A DNA stretch of 64,000 nt from Heptranchias perlo. Its lineage: Eukaryota. This document shows, in pieces, positions 48,670-61,733 of the stretch (position 1 is the first letter of the stretch; the number at the start of each line of letters is the position of its first letter). A program made the translations under genes and the position numbers. Below the pieces are notes generated by a model. It had not been told where the DNA came from, did not search any database, and worked only from the letters and a program-made list of their open reading frames with translations. Where the stretch lies: the NCBI RefSeq assembly GCF_035084215.1, contig NC_090325.1:134850001-134914000 (forward strand). Direction: 5' to 3'.

Positions 48670-50809
48670 ACAGAAGTCAGAGAAAGAAGAGCCAGTTGAA
48701 CCAATCTTATTAGCTGCATATTATCTTTTCCTAACTTAATTGTTCAACGGTTGTTTTCTCTTAAACCATCCAGGGGCATCTATTGGAGCAACTTCTGTGT
48801 GCCCATATATAAAACATACACCTACTTGGCCTTTATTTGAACTCCTCTGTGCTGGAAAATTTGGAAAGCTGCTTTATGCACCTGTAAATTATCTATCTCG
48901 GTTTTAAAATAATTATATAAATAGCACAGATTTTGATTAACATATATTTGTTTTAGGTTCTAAACTTGTATTTTTGGTGATTTTTTTTTAGTTATCAACG
49001 AAAGGGATATCAGTCCAGGAATTGGAACATTTTCTGCTTTTTGTCCAGTACCAGCGACAAATATTCTCCAGACCAGGTACAAGACATCTATATGCAGAAA
49101 AAGTCTTCCTCTGCAGTGTCCTAATGGCTCAGGAGGTAATGCAATATATAGTTTGGTATCTATTCTCTCCCAAATTAGCTGAGGTCAGTCTGGGCAGTAG
49201 CACTCCAATTGTGCAGACTATCTAATTATTTCTCCAGTTGCACAATATCCTCTCTGATTTGCGTATATCCCACATGTTTTTTATTCTCATGATTATTGTA
49301 GGGATTAAGAGACCAGCACAGAGAATGCATCTTGTTCCTGCAAGGAGTGAGACGTACATTAGTCTCTCTACAACAGGGAGTGCTCCAATGGGTAGAGCCA
49401 TCAGGCATGAGGCTGCCATGACCTTTGTGCTTTCCCACACCTCTAGCAAGAGCTGCTGAATGTGAGGCCAAGGCCCTAGTCCTTGCTACAACACATGTTT
49501 CTGACCATAGTCATAATCTTCCAATTGATTAAGAAGGCATAGACTTTGTATGAGGTGTGGCATGTTGACCCTTCCCTGCATAACAACAATGACTACACTT
49601 CAAAAGTACTTCATTGGCTGCGACTCACTTTGGAAGGTCTCAAAGTCATGAAAGACACTATATAAATGTAAGTTCTTTCTTTCTTTCTTCTAAACCAATT
49701 AGTCATTTATCTCATTTGCTGTTTGTGGGACCTTGCTATATGCCTACATAACAACAGTGACGGCTTCAAAAGTTATTCACTGCCTATATATGGCGGGCAG
49801 TTTTGTGGCATCCTCTAATTGTAACCTTGGTTGGAGAAACATTTTGAAAGTTGCATTTTATTTGGTAAATAAATATAGTTGTTATGGTCTTCTGAGTTCT
49901 CTCTGAAGGTTGTTTGCCACTATTATTATAATTATTGTTTTTATGATTATCTCAGTGGGAAAGTATAGACAGTATATTTAACATGCATTTAAACAGTGCC
50001 ACTGTATCATGATATCCTTTCTGCCTTTTTTACACACAGTAAGTTTTTTCGCATTACTTAAAGGCATTACTGTAACTGTAAATCGTAACACATATAAATG
50101 CATCCACATTATTATTTTTTTCACACACTGTTGCCTGTAATTTTGTCTTATGATCAACTATTGAAATCCATTAAACCGTCTACAAGCCAGACATTAAGAG
50201 AAATGTCCCACACAAACACAATACACTTAAAATGATAGTTAAACAGGGAGATAAACGGCAATATACTGGAGTCAAACTGTATTGATACAATACATAATAA
50301 TCAAAGTAACTAAACACTTGGATGTTGATAGTAAAGCTTCAGCTCATCTGCTTTTCACAAGTGGATGGACATAAGGCAACAAGATAAGCCCATATTTATG
50401 CATAAATAATTGAAGTCAATCAAAATGTCCACAAGTAGATTATAAATATCATAACTAAAAGATGCTAGATTTCTTTTTTTTATTGTTGGCATTTTCTTTT
50501 TTAAGAAAAGAGAATACATACATAGATTTGATGCTTCAGCCCGACCCTGAATCCCCACCCCCCCACCGCCCCCAACGCCAGCCCTATTTGCAGGGGCTCC
50601 TTGGCTAGGGAGTCGCGCCAGTCTGGTAGTGGAGGGAAGCATTGGAACAGTTGAGTCTGGAGGTGACAAAGGCATGGATGAGGAGTTGTGTGGACAAAGG
50701 CTATGCCATTTGGCCGATCATATTTTTCTCCACATTAGTCACCTTGTCGAATTCCACTCTCCAGCTCACTTCTAAAAACTTTACATATTCCTCTTTTTCA
50801 AGAAACTTT

Positions 50810-51592
50810 CTCATTCATTTTGGACCAAAAAAGGATATCTAAGTATTTTTGAAATGGTGAAAAGCTAGGAACAGTGGAGATCCAAAGAGATTTAGGGATC
50901 CATATATACAGATCACTAAAATGTAGTAGTCAGGTACAAAAAATAATCAAAAAGGCTAATGGAATGTTAGCCTTTATAACTAGAGGGCTCGAATATAAAG
51001 GGGAGGAAGTTTTGCTACAGCTATACAAAGCCCTGGTTAGACCGCATCTGGAGTACTGTGTACACTTCTGGGCACCGCACCTTAGAAAGGATATATTGGC
51101 CTTGGAAGGAGTGCAGCACAGATTCACTAGAATGTTATCATAGCTCCAAAGGTTATGAGGAGAGATTACATAAACTAGGCTTGTATTCCCTGGAATACAG
51201 AAGGTCAAGGGGTGATTTGATTGAGGTTTTTAGGATTTTGAAAGACATTGTTAGGGTAGATAGAGAGAAACTTTTTCCGCTGGTAGAGGAGTCTAGGACA
51301 AGGGGACATAATCTTAAAATCAGAGCCAGGCCATTCAGAAGAGAAATTAGGAAACACTTCTTCACGTAAAGGGTGGTAGAAGTGTGGAACTTTCTGCCAC
51401 AAAAAACAATAGATGTTAGGTCAATTAATAATTTTAAATCTGAGATTAATAGATTTTTGCTAGCCAAGGGTATTAAGGGATATGGAGCCAAGATGGGTGG
51501 ACAGAGTCAGGATACAGATCAGCCATGACCTCACTGAATGGTGGAACAGGCTTGAGGGGCTGAATGGCCTACTCCTGTTCCTGTGTTCCTAT
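50810..51592 (+). mobile_element. CR1 3' portion
   Basis: QRDLGI, LVRPHLEYC, RTRGHNLKI. Confidence 0.92.
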
Positions 51593-51754
51593 TTCCTTTC
51601 AACAATGGTTGTGGCAGATTTCCACATTATAAGTACCCTCTGTGTAAAGATATTTTTCTTATGTCCCCTCAAAATCTCTTTGTGCAATTTGCACCTTCCC
51701 ATTATTGACTTGTAAGCAGTGGAAACAATCTGTTACTGTTACCTTTATCATAAC

Positions 51755-53020
51755 ACAGGAACAAAGGAACTGGAATAGGCCATTCAGCCCCTCGAGCCTG
51801 TTCTGCCATTCAATTAGATCATGGCTGATCTGTATCTTAACTCCATCTACCTGCCTTGGTTCCGTAATCCTTAATGCCCTTGCCTAACAAAAATCTATCA
51901 ATCTCAGTTTTGAAATTTTCAATTGACCGAGCCTCAACAGCTTTTGGCGGAGAGAGTTCCAGATTTCCACTACCCTTTTTGTGAAGAAGTGCGTTCTGAC
52001 ATCACCTAGGAATGACCTAGCTCTAATTTTAAGATTATGCCCCCTTGTTCTGGACTCTCCCACCAGAGGAAATAGTTTCTCTCTATCTACCCTATCAAAT
52101 CCTTTAGTCATCTTAAAAATCTCAATTAGATCACCCCTTATTCTTCTATATTCAACAGAATACAAATCCAGTCTATGTAACCTGTCCTCATAATCTAACC
52201 TTTTTAGCCTTGGTAGCATCCTGGTGAGTCTGTGCTGCACCCCCTCCAAGGCTAATATATCCTTCCTGAGGTGCGGTGCCCAGAACTGAATGCAGTACTC
52301 CAGATGGGGTTTCACCAGAGCTCTGTACAGCTGTAACATAACTCCCACCCCTTTGTATTTCAGTCCTCTTGAGATAAAGGCCAACATTCCATTAGCCTTT
52401 AAAATTATTTTTTGTACCTACCCACTAGCTTTTAGTGATTTCTGTACTTGGACCCATAAATCTCTCCGCTAATGCACAGTTCCTAGCTTCTTGCCATTTA
52501 GAAAATACTCTAATCTATCTTTCTTGAGTCCAAAGAGGATGACTTCACACTTTCCCACATTGAACTCCAACAGCCACAGTTTTGACCACTCACTTAATCT
52601 ATCAATGTCCCTTTGCAACTTTCTGCTCCCATCTACACTACTTACTGTGCCACCTAACTTAGTGTCATCAGCAAACTTAGATATATAGCTCTCTATTCCT
52701 TCATCCAAGTCAATTATAAATATAATGAAAAGCTGCGGTCCCAGTACAGATCACTGGGGGACACCAATAGTCGCATCCTGCCAATTTGAGTACATACCCA
52801 TTATCCCTATTCTCTGTCTCCTACCTCCAAACCAATTCCCTATCCAAGCCAATAGGTTGCCTCCAATTCCATGCACTCTCATTTTTGTTAACAGTCTCTT
52901 ATGTGGAACCTTGTCGAATGCCTTCTGGAAGTCCATATAAATAACATCCATAGACAGTCCCTTATCTACCACATTAGTTACCTCCTCAAAAAATTCAACT
53001 AGGTTCATTAGACATAACCT
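51755..53020 (-). mobile_element. CR1 RT to 3'UTR, tail-to-tail with the previous copy
   Basis: MDFQKAFDKVPH, KFADDTKL, RTRGHNLKI. Confidence 0.92.
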
Positions 53021-53069
53021 TTCTTGATCTTGAAGTCAGGTCACCCTCTAGCACCTGGGCCCTACAGGG

Positions 53070-53445
53070 AGACTATCCATTGAGTAGGTGAGTCATACAC
53101 ACCAAACAGACTCCAGGTTCAACCCCGGTCCATGCTAAATTAGCTGGTTTATCTAGGGCAACACTAGGTGTACTACATTTGGCCTCAGTGCATCTGGATT
53201 AGAAAGGGTAAAATTGGGCGGGGTTCCCACTCCTAATCACTATCTAGTTACCCCATGCTCTGAGAGGTCAGAATCAGACTTGGCTGTGATTTCCCCTGTG
53301 GTTGATTAGCCTGTTGAGCTCACGATGTAGACTTACTTGTGAATAATAGTGACTTATTTGTGTAAGTGGAAGGTAGACAGTGCCCATGGAATTGTACCAC
53401 AGCAAGGAGTTAATACCTTCAGGAGAGGAAGGGAGAACATTGGCA
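53070..53445 (+). mobile_element. LF-SINE-like element
   Basis: ccaggttcaacccc, ggcctcagtg, gggttcccactcctaatcactatc, ccttcaggagagg. Confidence 0.7.
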
Positions 53446-53849
53446 AACATGATGGCATCTGTTAAAGCACATCATATTTCACTCTTTTTTTCCCCAATCT
53501 TTGGCTAATTGACTGGTTTTCCTCTCCCTAACCAAGAGCCAATTGTAACACCTGGCTGATATCAACTAATACTTTATTTCCTTTATGGGTTTGCCTCCAA
53601 TGGCAAGCAGGGATTGGGAAGGGGTTTTACCTGAATGCTGCAGGCCTCAAATATGAACAGCATCGGCAGTGGCAATTTAGTCATGTCTGCCATTTTCATT
53701 TTGAGCTCTCAGCCTGTGATTGGATCATGGAAAGTGTAGACCAGACTGACAACATCACAAATGTTGAACTGGTACCTTCGGAGAAACTGTGCATGCGCAA
53801 ATATACATCTACACTTTTGCCGAATCCACCCACAGTGTAACAGCAATTA

Positions 53850-55160
53850 TTCACAATCCATAATTCCTCAGAAACATTGATGTGTACCAAGATATTTGGA
53901 ATAAATTTAGTTTCTTCTTCATGACAAAGTCGTATGGTCAGACTACTTAAGGGCGTTTCCTAAGAAAAAAATATTTGGCATCAAAGGAATAGGCTCTGTA
54001 AAAGAAATGGGGTATAAATCAGCACATACTTGGAATCAAACCTGGGACCACCTGGTCTGCAGAATTCATTTACATTTACGACTGAGCCATTAAAATCAGA
54101 GAATCATAGAATGGTTACTGCACAGGTGGAGGCCATTCGGCCCATCGAGCCCATTATGGCTGTTTGTAAGAGCAATCCAGTTAGTCCCATTCCCCAGCTC
54201 TTTCCCTGTAGCCCTGCAAATTTTTTCCCTTCAATAGGGGAGCTTTACTAACCGAGCAATGTAAGGAGCGAATGCTTTCTTAATAATATAGGGCTAGCGA
54301 TTTAGCACTGCGCAACATGAATTTCACCTAACAGTTCGACTTCACCTCTCGGTTTCTCCCCTCATATAACACTTTAATTTTAAGGAACAGCATGTTTGAA
54401 ATACCTCTTAGCCTGCCGAACAATAAAAAAGATTTCCACCTGGTTATTGTAACAGCTTTGTATACAGAGAGCAAGCACTCAGCTGACCAGGGCCTAAAGT
54501 AAAGTTTGTTTACACAAAGTCTAAATTGCATTAAAACACATCATTGTGTCATTGCCTGTGATGTAATGAAAATATCACATAACTCGGCTGCATTTTCCAC
54601 TTTCCAAACACACAAAAAAAATTGTAAATGACAGTGCTCCTATAAGGCTGCCAAAAACAACTTTACAGGAGATAAAGCAAGCACTCATTATATCTTATAA
54701 CAGAGAGAAAGTGTTGCATATTACATAATCTTAGAGATTATCATATTTTATTTTCGCCTACACATTTTTAAAAAGTCATTTGTATTTGTAGGAAGCATGA
54801 ATGTTTCTGATGTTGCAAATGATTAGCTATCGGGGAGAATGCAGGCTTCCAGGAAAGGATAGTCAAGATCTGTGGTGAGAGTATTATGGGGGGTGAGAAA
54901 CACAAATTGGCAATGCCAGTTTTCTTTTAAATGCTGGGAAATTAGCTAAAAAACTGCCAATCTGCATGACTCTCCTGAATGCTGCCATTGTTATCAGATT
55001 AGCAAACAATCAAATCATTCACAATGCATAAATACTCTGAAAAAATATCACTGACACCTGGCAACATTAAAGTATATCAAGATATTTGGAATGAATTGCA
55101 TTTCCCCTTCATAACAAAGTAGTAAATTCAAAGTACTTAAGGGTGCTTCCTAGACAAAAA
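53850..55160. repeat. Diverged ~120-bp direct repeat (53850-53970 and 55018-55160)
   Basis: Shared tcacaat.cataa, caagatatttggaat, cttcat.acaaagt, tacttaaggg...ttccta. Confidence 0.8.
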
Positions 55161-57275
55161 CAGAAGCCCTGCTGGGAGGTGCATTAAATGGCTGTTCTAA
55201 GCTCTCACATTTTTTAACTCCTAGTCAGGGCAAAACTTCAAATTGCTCAAATCTCACTAGAATAACCATATAGCTAATACCCAATGCTGATTTGAAAGGC
55301 CCTGTAGCACTTCAATTTCAAACGGAAAGTCCAAATGACATTTCAGTTTCAACCAGACATCCCAGGTGGCCAAGAACTTTTGTTTGGTATCACTTCTTAC
55401 ATATGTTTTATTTTTGCAAGTAAATGTGCACATTCTTGCAAGGGTAGAGCGATCAATTGTTCTCAGATTTATGCCGACACAACCTGTATTCATCTCTCCT
55501 CCTAGCCATTAATATGTTCCAATACAAAACACAGTCTAGATTTACAACAGACTTAGCTACTTTTTTTTATTCGTTCATGGGATGTGGGTGTCGCTGGCGA
55601 GGCCGGCATTTATTGCCCATCCCTAATTGCCCTTGAGAAGGTGGTGGTGAGCTGCCTTCTTGAACCGCTGCAGTCCATGTGGTGAAGGTTCTCCCACAGT
55701 GCTGTTAGGTGGGGAGTTCCAGGATTTTGACCCAGTGACAATGAAGGAACAGCGATATATTTCCAAGTCGGGATGGTGTGCGACTTGGAGGGGAACGTGC
55801 AGGTGGTGTTGTTCCCATGTGCCTGCTGCTCTTGTCCTTCTAGGTGGTAGAGGTCGCGGGTTTGGGAGATGCTGTCAAAGAAAACTTGGCAAGTTGCTGC
55901 AGTGCATCCTGTGGATGGTACACACTGCAGCCATGGTGCACCGGTGGTGAAAGGAGTGAATGTTTAGGGTGGTGGATAGGGTGCCAATCAAGCGGGCTGC
56001 TTTGTCCTGGATTGAGTATTGTTGAAGCTGCACTCATCCAGGCAAGTGGAGAGTATTCCATCACACTCCTGACTTGTGCCTTGTAGATGGTGGAAAGGCT
56101 TTGGAGAGTCAGGAGGTGAGTCACTCGCTGCAGAATACCCAGCCTCTGACCTGCTCTTGTAGCCACAGTATTTATGTGGCTGGTCCAGTTAAGTTTCTGG
56201 TCAATGGTGACCTCAGCCTGTTGATGGTAGGTAATGCCGTTGAATGTCAAGGAGAGGTGGTTAGACTCTCCTTTGTTGGAGATGGTCATTGCCTGGCACT
56301 TGTCTGGCACGAATTATCAGCCCAAGCCTGGATGTTGTCCAGGTCTTGCTGCATGCGGGCACGGTCTGCTTCACTATCTGAGGGGTTGCAAATGGAACTG
56401 AACACTGTGCAATCATTAGAGAACATCCCCATTTCTGACCTTATGATGGAAGGAAGGTCAATGATGAAGCAGCTGAAGATGGTTGGCCCTAGGACATTGC
56501 CCTAAGGAACTCCTGCAGCAATGCCCTGGGGCTGAGATGATTGGCCTCCAATAACCACTACCACCTTCCTTTGTGCTAGGTATGACTCCAGCCACTGGAG
56601 AGTTTTCCCCCTGATTCCCATTGACTTCAATTTTACCAGGGCTCCTTGGTGCCACACTCTGTCAAATGCTGCCTTGATGTCAAGGGCAGTCACTCTCACC
56701 TCACCTCTGGAATTCAGCTCTTTTGTCCATGTTTGGACCAAGGCTGTAATGAGGTCTGGAGCCGAGTGGTCCTGGCGGAACCCAAACTGAGCATCGGTGA
56801 GCAGGTTATTGGTGAGCAAATGCCACTTGATAGCACTGTCAACGACACCTTCCATCATTTTGCTGATGATTGAGGATAGACTAATGGGGCAGTAATTTGC
56901 CGTATTGGATTTGTCCTGCTTTTTGTGGACAGGACATACCTGGGCAATTTTCCACATTATCAGGTAGATGCCAATGATGTAGCTGTACTGGAACAATTTG
57001 GCTAGAGGTGTGGCTAGTTCTGGAGCACATGTTTTCAGCACTACAGCCGGGATGTTGTCGAGGCCCATAGCCTTTGTTATATGCAGTGCACTCAGCCATT
57101 TCTTGATATCACGTGGAGTGAATCGAATTGGCTGAAGACTGGCTTCTGTGATGGCGGGGATATCAGGAGGAGGCCGAGATGGATCATCCACTTGGCACTT
57201 CTGGCTGAAGATAGTTGCAAACACTTCAGCCTTGTCTTTTGCACTCACGTGCTGGACTCTGCCATCATTGAGGAT

Positions 57276-57406
57276 TAACTCACACTCACCTGACGAAGGA
57301 GGAAGCCTCCGAAAGCTTGTGATTTTCAAATAAAACTGTTGGACTATAACCTGGTGTTGTAAGATTCCTTACATTTGTCCACCCCAGTCCATCACCGGCA
57401 TCTCCA
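57276..57406 (+). mobile_element. Penelope-like 3'-end insertion, single arm
   Basis: Perfect 13-bp TSD catcattgaggat (57263-57275 / 57407-57419); ends ccagtccatcaccggcatctcca. Confidence 0.85.
57286..57322 (+). ncRNA. Minimal hammerhead ribozyme motif
   Basis: TCAC-CTGACGA-A-GGAGG-AAG-CCTCC-GAAA-GCTT-GTGA, identical to 958-994. Confidence 0.75.
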
Positions 57407-57984
57407 CATCATTGAGGATGGGGATGTTCACAAAGCCTCCTCCTCCCTGCAATGAGGAAGCTTTTTAGAACAGCAAAGCAACAAATTTATTTAAAATGAA
57501 AATAAGACCTGAAACAAAATATAATCTACGTTTTCAAAAATTGAGTAACTGGAGTTGTTTCGGCCATTCCCGCCATTTTTCCATCGCCAAAGTTACGACA
57601 AATTCCCGCAGAATTTTGGGTATAAACCTTTGATTTGAGTAAAAGATTTACAAGGGCATTTTTGTATGTATAGACTTGGCTCTTGCAACTTCTACTATTT
57701 CCTAAACAAAGAGAGAAGTATCCATATTTTGTAAATATGAGGCTGATCATCCTGCAAGCCTTATTAAAAATCAAAATCCAGATGATACAGCAGTTCCTGG
57801 GCAGGAAGTTTTCTTTAGAAACATTTTCACCTCAAGGGAACAAGTATATTTATCAATATACTGACTATAAATAAATAACTAAGCACTAATAATGTGTTTT
57901 GGGACGTTTTGAGGTTGTGATATGGAGCTATATACATCCAAATTATTTCTTTCTTGCTAGCTGTTCTGTTACATGGTTTGATCA

Positions 57985-58375
57985 CTTTTTTTTTAAATGC
58001 ACAATTTTCTTCCCTTCATTCCTAAGGTGGTGACTCCTTGCTGAGATACAACTTCACGGGTGCTAGTAACAGTATCACCTTGCCCAAGTGGCTAATCTTC
58101 CATAAGTGAGCCCAGACAGTGAGTGTCAACAGGTCACCTGACTGTGAAGGGCACCATAGTCAAGCCCAACCTGTCATCACTTGACATGCACACATCTTCA
58201 CTTTCCAGCAAGGGTCATTGGTAATGAATGGTAGCGGAACCCTAATTGATATTTTCCATCCCTAGCCCAAGGACACTGTTGTCAATTGTAGCACTCTCAC
58301 CACCATCCTCAATTATATCAGCCATTTCAGACCAGGGATTGAGCCTCTGACCAAACTGATGTATGATTCTAAACC
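57985..58375 (-). mobile_element. LF-SINE-like element
   Basis: Reverse complement of the blocks in 31820-32212 (cccaagtggc, gtgagcccagacagtgagtgtc, caattgtagcac). Confidence 0.7.
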
Positions 58376-59244
58376 ACAAGAATTTATATATAGATTTGTG
58401 CAACAATGCATGCATTTAGTCCTGTGTGGAAGTAGACGTGGTGGCCAAAATACATATTTTGGCTAATTTTACCCCAAAAAATGACATAAGTAAGAAAGGC
58501 TGAAGTACCACTTTTTACTCACGCTTATTTTTTTGGTCAAATTACCAAAGCCAAAACATTTGGCTCTCTCGCCTACATTCCAATAAATGTTCCATTTAAA
58601 CAAAAGTAAATGTAGAAATCCTGTGGTTCAAGTTGGCACAATCCCACTTCACTTTTACTCTTGGTCCAGGTTTTGCTGTGTTTACATACCTCTGAAGCTC
58701 AGAACCAGACAGAGCCCCGTTATAAGACAGCAGAGATGCCGGCACAATAATGTCACACTGTTACATTAACATGTCTTGCCCAGACACATGCAAAGAACAT
58801 CATAAAGAGAAGTTCTGAAAGTGACTCTGGATTTACTGCACAGCCACACAACTCCATCTGTATTTTTATGCCAGAATATATCGGGTTCACACTGATTACA
58901 GTGGCACCAAAAGGAGACATTTTAATTTGGGCACTACCAAGAAAAGAAACAAAATTGCCCACTTAACATTAATCAGAGGGTTTACTACAAAGGTTATAGT
59001 TACAGCTCAGAAGCTCTAATTAAAATCTGTAAAAAAGTCTGGTGCATGATAGCTGTGTATATGAGAGGTGTGCAAACGGTGAACCAGGCTCCAAATCCAG
59101 ATTTCTAGCTGTTCCCAACCAGACTTCCAAGAATTTCAACAGAAGTCCAATGCACACAAACTTTTATGTTGAATCTTGCATGTTGACTTGCATATACCGC
59201 AAATAGCCTCAAATGAATGAACTGATCTTAAAAATATCCTTCTG

Positions 59245-59500
59245 AGGTCCTTCCAGTGGCTCGGTGAGTTAATCCAATAAGTAACTGAGCGATGCAGATC
59301 ATAAAGGTCCCAGGTTTGATCTTCTCTCTGGGATGAGTTAGCTGATCTTGGCCAAGTTGGAAATTGGCCCCATTACGCAGGTTAGAGAGGATAAAACTGT
59401 TGATCATCACTGAGGGACCTCTGCTCTGAAGTGCATGTATGAGTTGACATCAAGCAAGGACACAATCATGCTTAGCTATGATGCCATTCATACTCACATA
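59245..59500 (+). mobile_element. LF-SINE-like 5' part
   Basis: cagtggctc, aggtcccaggtttgatc, gagttagctgatct. Confidence 0.6.
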
Positions 59501-59642
59501 TGGCTTGTGCCTCATTTATACTGAGATCTCATTCTTTTAATTTGAGTTCAGAACTCAAATCTGTATATTTGTGTTACAATTTACATTGTTGGTTTTCAGT
59601 GGAGCAGCACCATAGTTAAGATTACTATTGTGGCCGATGCTT

Positions 59643-60060
59643 AAGACCATAAGACCATAAGAGATAGGAGCAAGAATAGGCCATTCGGCCCCTCGAGCCT
59701 GCTCCGCCATTCAATGAGATCATGGCTGATCTGATTTTTATCTCAACTCCACTTTCCCGCCTTTTCCCCATATCCTTTGACTCCCTTGCTGATCAAAAAT
59801 GTGTCCAACTCAGCCTTGAATGTATTCAACGACTCAGCCTCCACGACTTTTTGGGGTAAAGAATTCCAAAGATTCACGACCCTCTGGGAGAAGAAATTCC
59901 TCCTCATTTCTGTCTTAAACGAGCGACCCCTTATTCTGAGACTATGCCCCGTAGTTTTAGATTCCCCCATGAGGGGTAACATCCTCTCAGCATCTACCCT
60001 ATCGAGTCCCCTCAGAATCTTGTATGTTTCAATGAGATCTCCTCTCATTCTTCTAAACTC
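59643..60060 (-). mobile_element. Young CR1 3' end
   Basis: MRGDLIETYKIL..RRNFFSQRVVNLWNSLPQ; (taagacca)n tail. Confidence 0.92.
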
Positions 60061-61571
60061 CTCTTCTAAGCAATGCTGCGTATTTTAGATACTGCATACA
60101 TCACTTGTTTTCATTTAAATCAATATACAACAGGGAGAATGGATAATCCAAACAGAAGCAGACAAGTTTGCAGCACAGAATTTCCATAAACTTTGTATTA
60201 GTATTTGAAGCAGACACAAGGTCCACGCTGATCTCAGATAGTCATTGCAAGTGGGATTTGGACCACAAAGCAAAGTGAGAACAGAATGTCTACTTTGTTC
60301 TGCTTTCACCCTAAGATGCTCACACTAAAACAGCTTATGCAGGATACACAAGATTCTGGAGGCAAAATTTGAATAATTTCAGAATATCATTTGCAGTGTA
60401 AATGGCACCATTGCATATAATACTCTTCTTTCAAAATTGAATCAATTCCAAACTTACTCTGCTAAAAAAAAGGGTAATATAAACATGGCTTAAATTGTGA
60501 TCCCCACTACCATCAATAATGGTAGCTGCATACAATAGCACTCCATGAAGTCTTTAAAACAACCTGAAATAACTTTCACACCACAATGTCAATTTCCCAC
60601 ACTAAACTGGGGAAATTGGCCTATTCATTCTCTGTGGGCCACTTTAGACTGACTCATTTCAAGTACTTCTTTGAAGATAAATACTGAATCCAATTATCTA
60701 GGTATTATCTATGCAGTTTAAACTACATATAAGTGTGTTTACAAGTTAAACGAGTATAACAAGAGAAAAGAGGCATTCAGCTTTTAACTGAAGGCTCCCC
60801 ATCAATTCCACGTGACATTAACACCAATCAATAACTACACTGAAGTTTTCAGATGGACTCATTAAAAAGTTCTTGGTTGATTAAGTTTGGGTTCAGAAAA
60901 CACACATCAGTATCACTTTGAAAAGAATTCAGAAAGATAAGACATCAGTGCACAAATTACGCTTTCTTACAAGGGTACCATCGAAACGGTCTGCCTGAAT
61001 GATTATGTATCATGTATATTTGGCATTTCATATTCAAAAAAATAGTTTATTTTAAGAGTCTTGCTAAACTGTTATGCTTTTCTGCATCCATTTGTCCTCT
61101 TCACACTTCAGTGCATTATCTTAATTGTGACCACACTGCTATCAACCAATTAGTCCTGAAACTGATAGACAATATAAATGGTATGTTTGACAGATAACAA
61201 CTCCCCTGGGAGAGCTGTTAAATAAAATGCCACCAATTGTTTTCTGCTTCAGAGAGAAAATTCTAATAATTTAAATGTAATACGAAGTTACAGCAATTTC
61301 TAAATTGTGCAAATGAAAACTCTGTACATGTGGAAGATATTTTAGAATGCAGCCCTTTCCAAATAGGTAATAACATATTTTATACACAGAATGAAAATAC
61401 TAATGATAAGTTTGCTTAGATTTCAGGGGTCCCCATGCTGACTAGCTAATATACAATGATGAATGGGACATGTCCAACCAAAACTGACATCACTGTTAAA
61501 CGGCACATATGCCAGAATAATTTTCGCCCCATTTACACTGAAGGGCAGATTTGGCAACAACTCATCTGCGT

Positions 61572-61733
61572 ATACTGGCCTCTTGCACAGCACCGATTTC
61601 ATTGCTCCAGCATTGGTGGCCATGCCTTTAGCTGCCTAGGGCCTAAGCTCTAGAATTACCTACCTAAACCTCTCTGCCTCTCTACTTTTCCTTCCTCCTT
61701 TAACACGCTCCTGAAAACCTACCTTTTTGGTCA
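61572..61733 (+). mobile_element. L2 3' fragment
   Basis: IGGHAFSCLGPKL; ctcctgaaaacctacctttttg. Confidence 0.7.

Larger units (their letters stand above)
55561..57448 (-). mobile_element. Family B non-LTR retrotransposon (CR1/L2/Jockey-group RT), 5'-truncated with poly-A
   Basis: LKTCAPELA, ALDIKAAFDRVWH, AAGVP; poly-T at 55561. Confidence 0.9.

Noticed and set aside
56502-57329. Longest ORF (275 aa) as a novel gene
   Set aside because: It is LINE RT sequence; its N-terminus is merely the antisense of the Penelope insert, and it stops before the catalytic motif.
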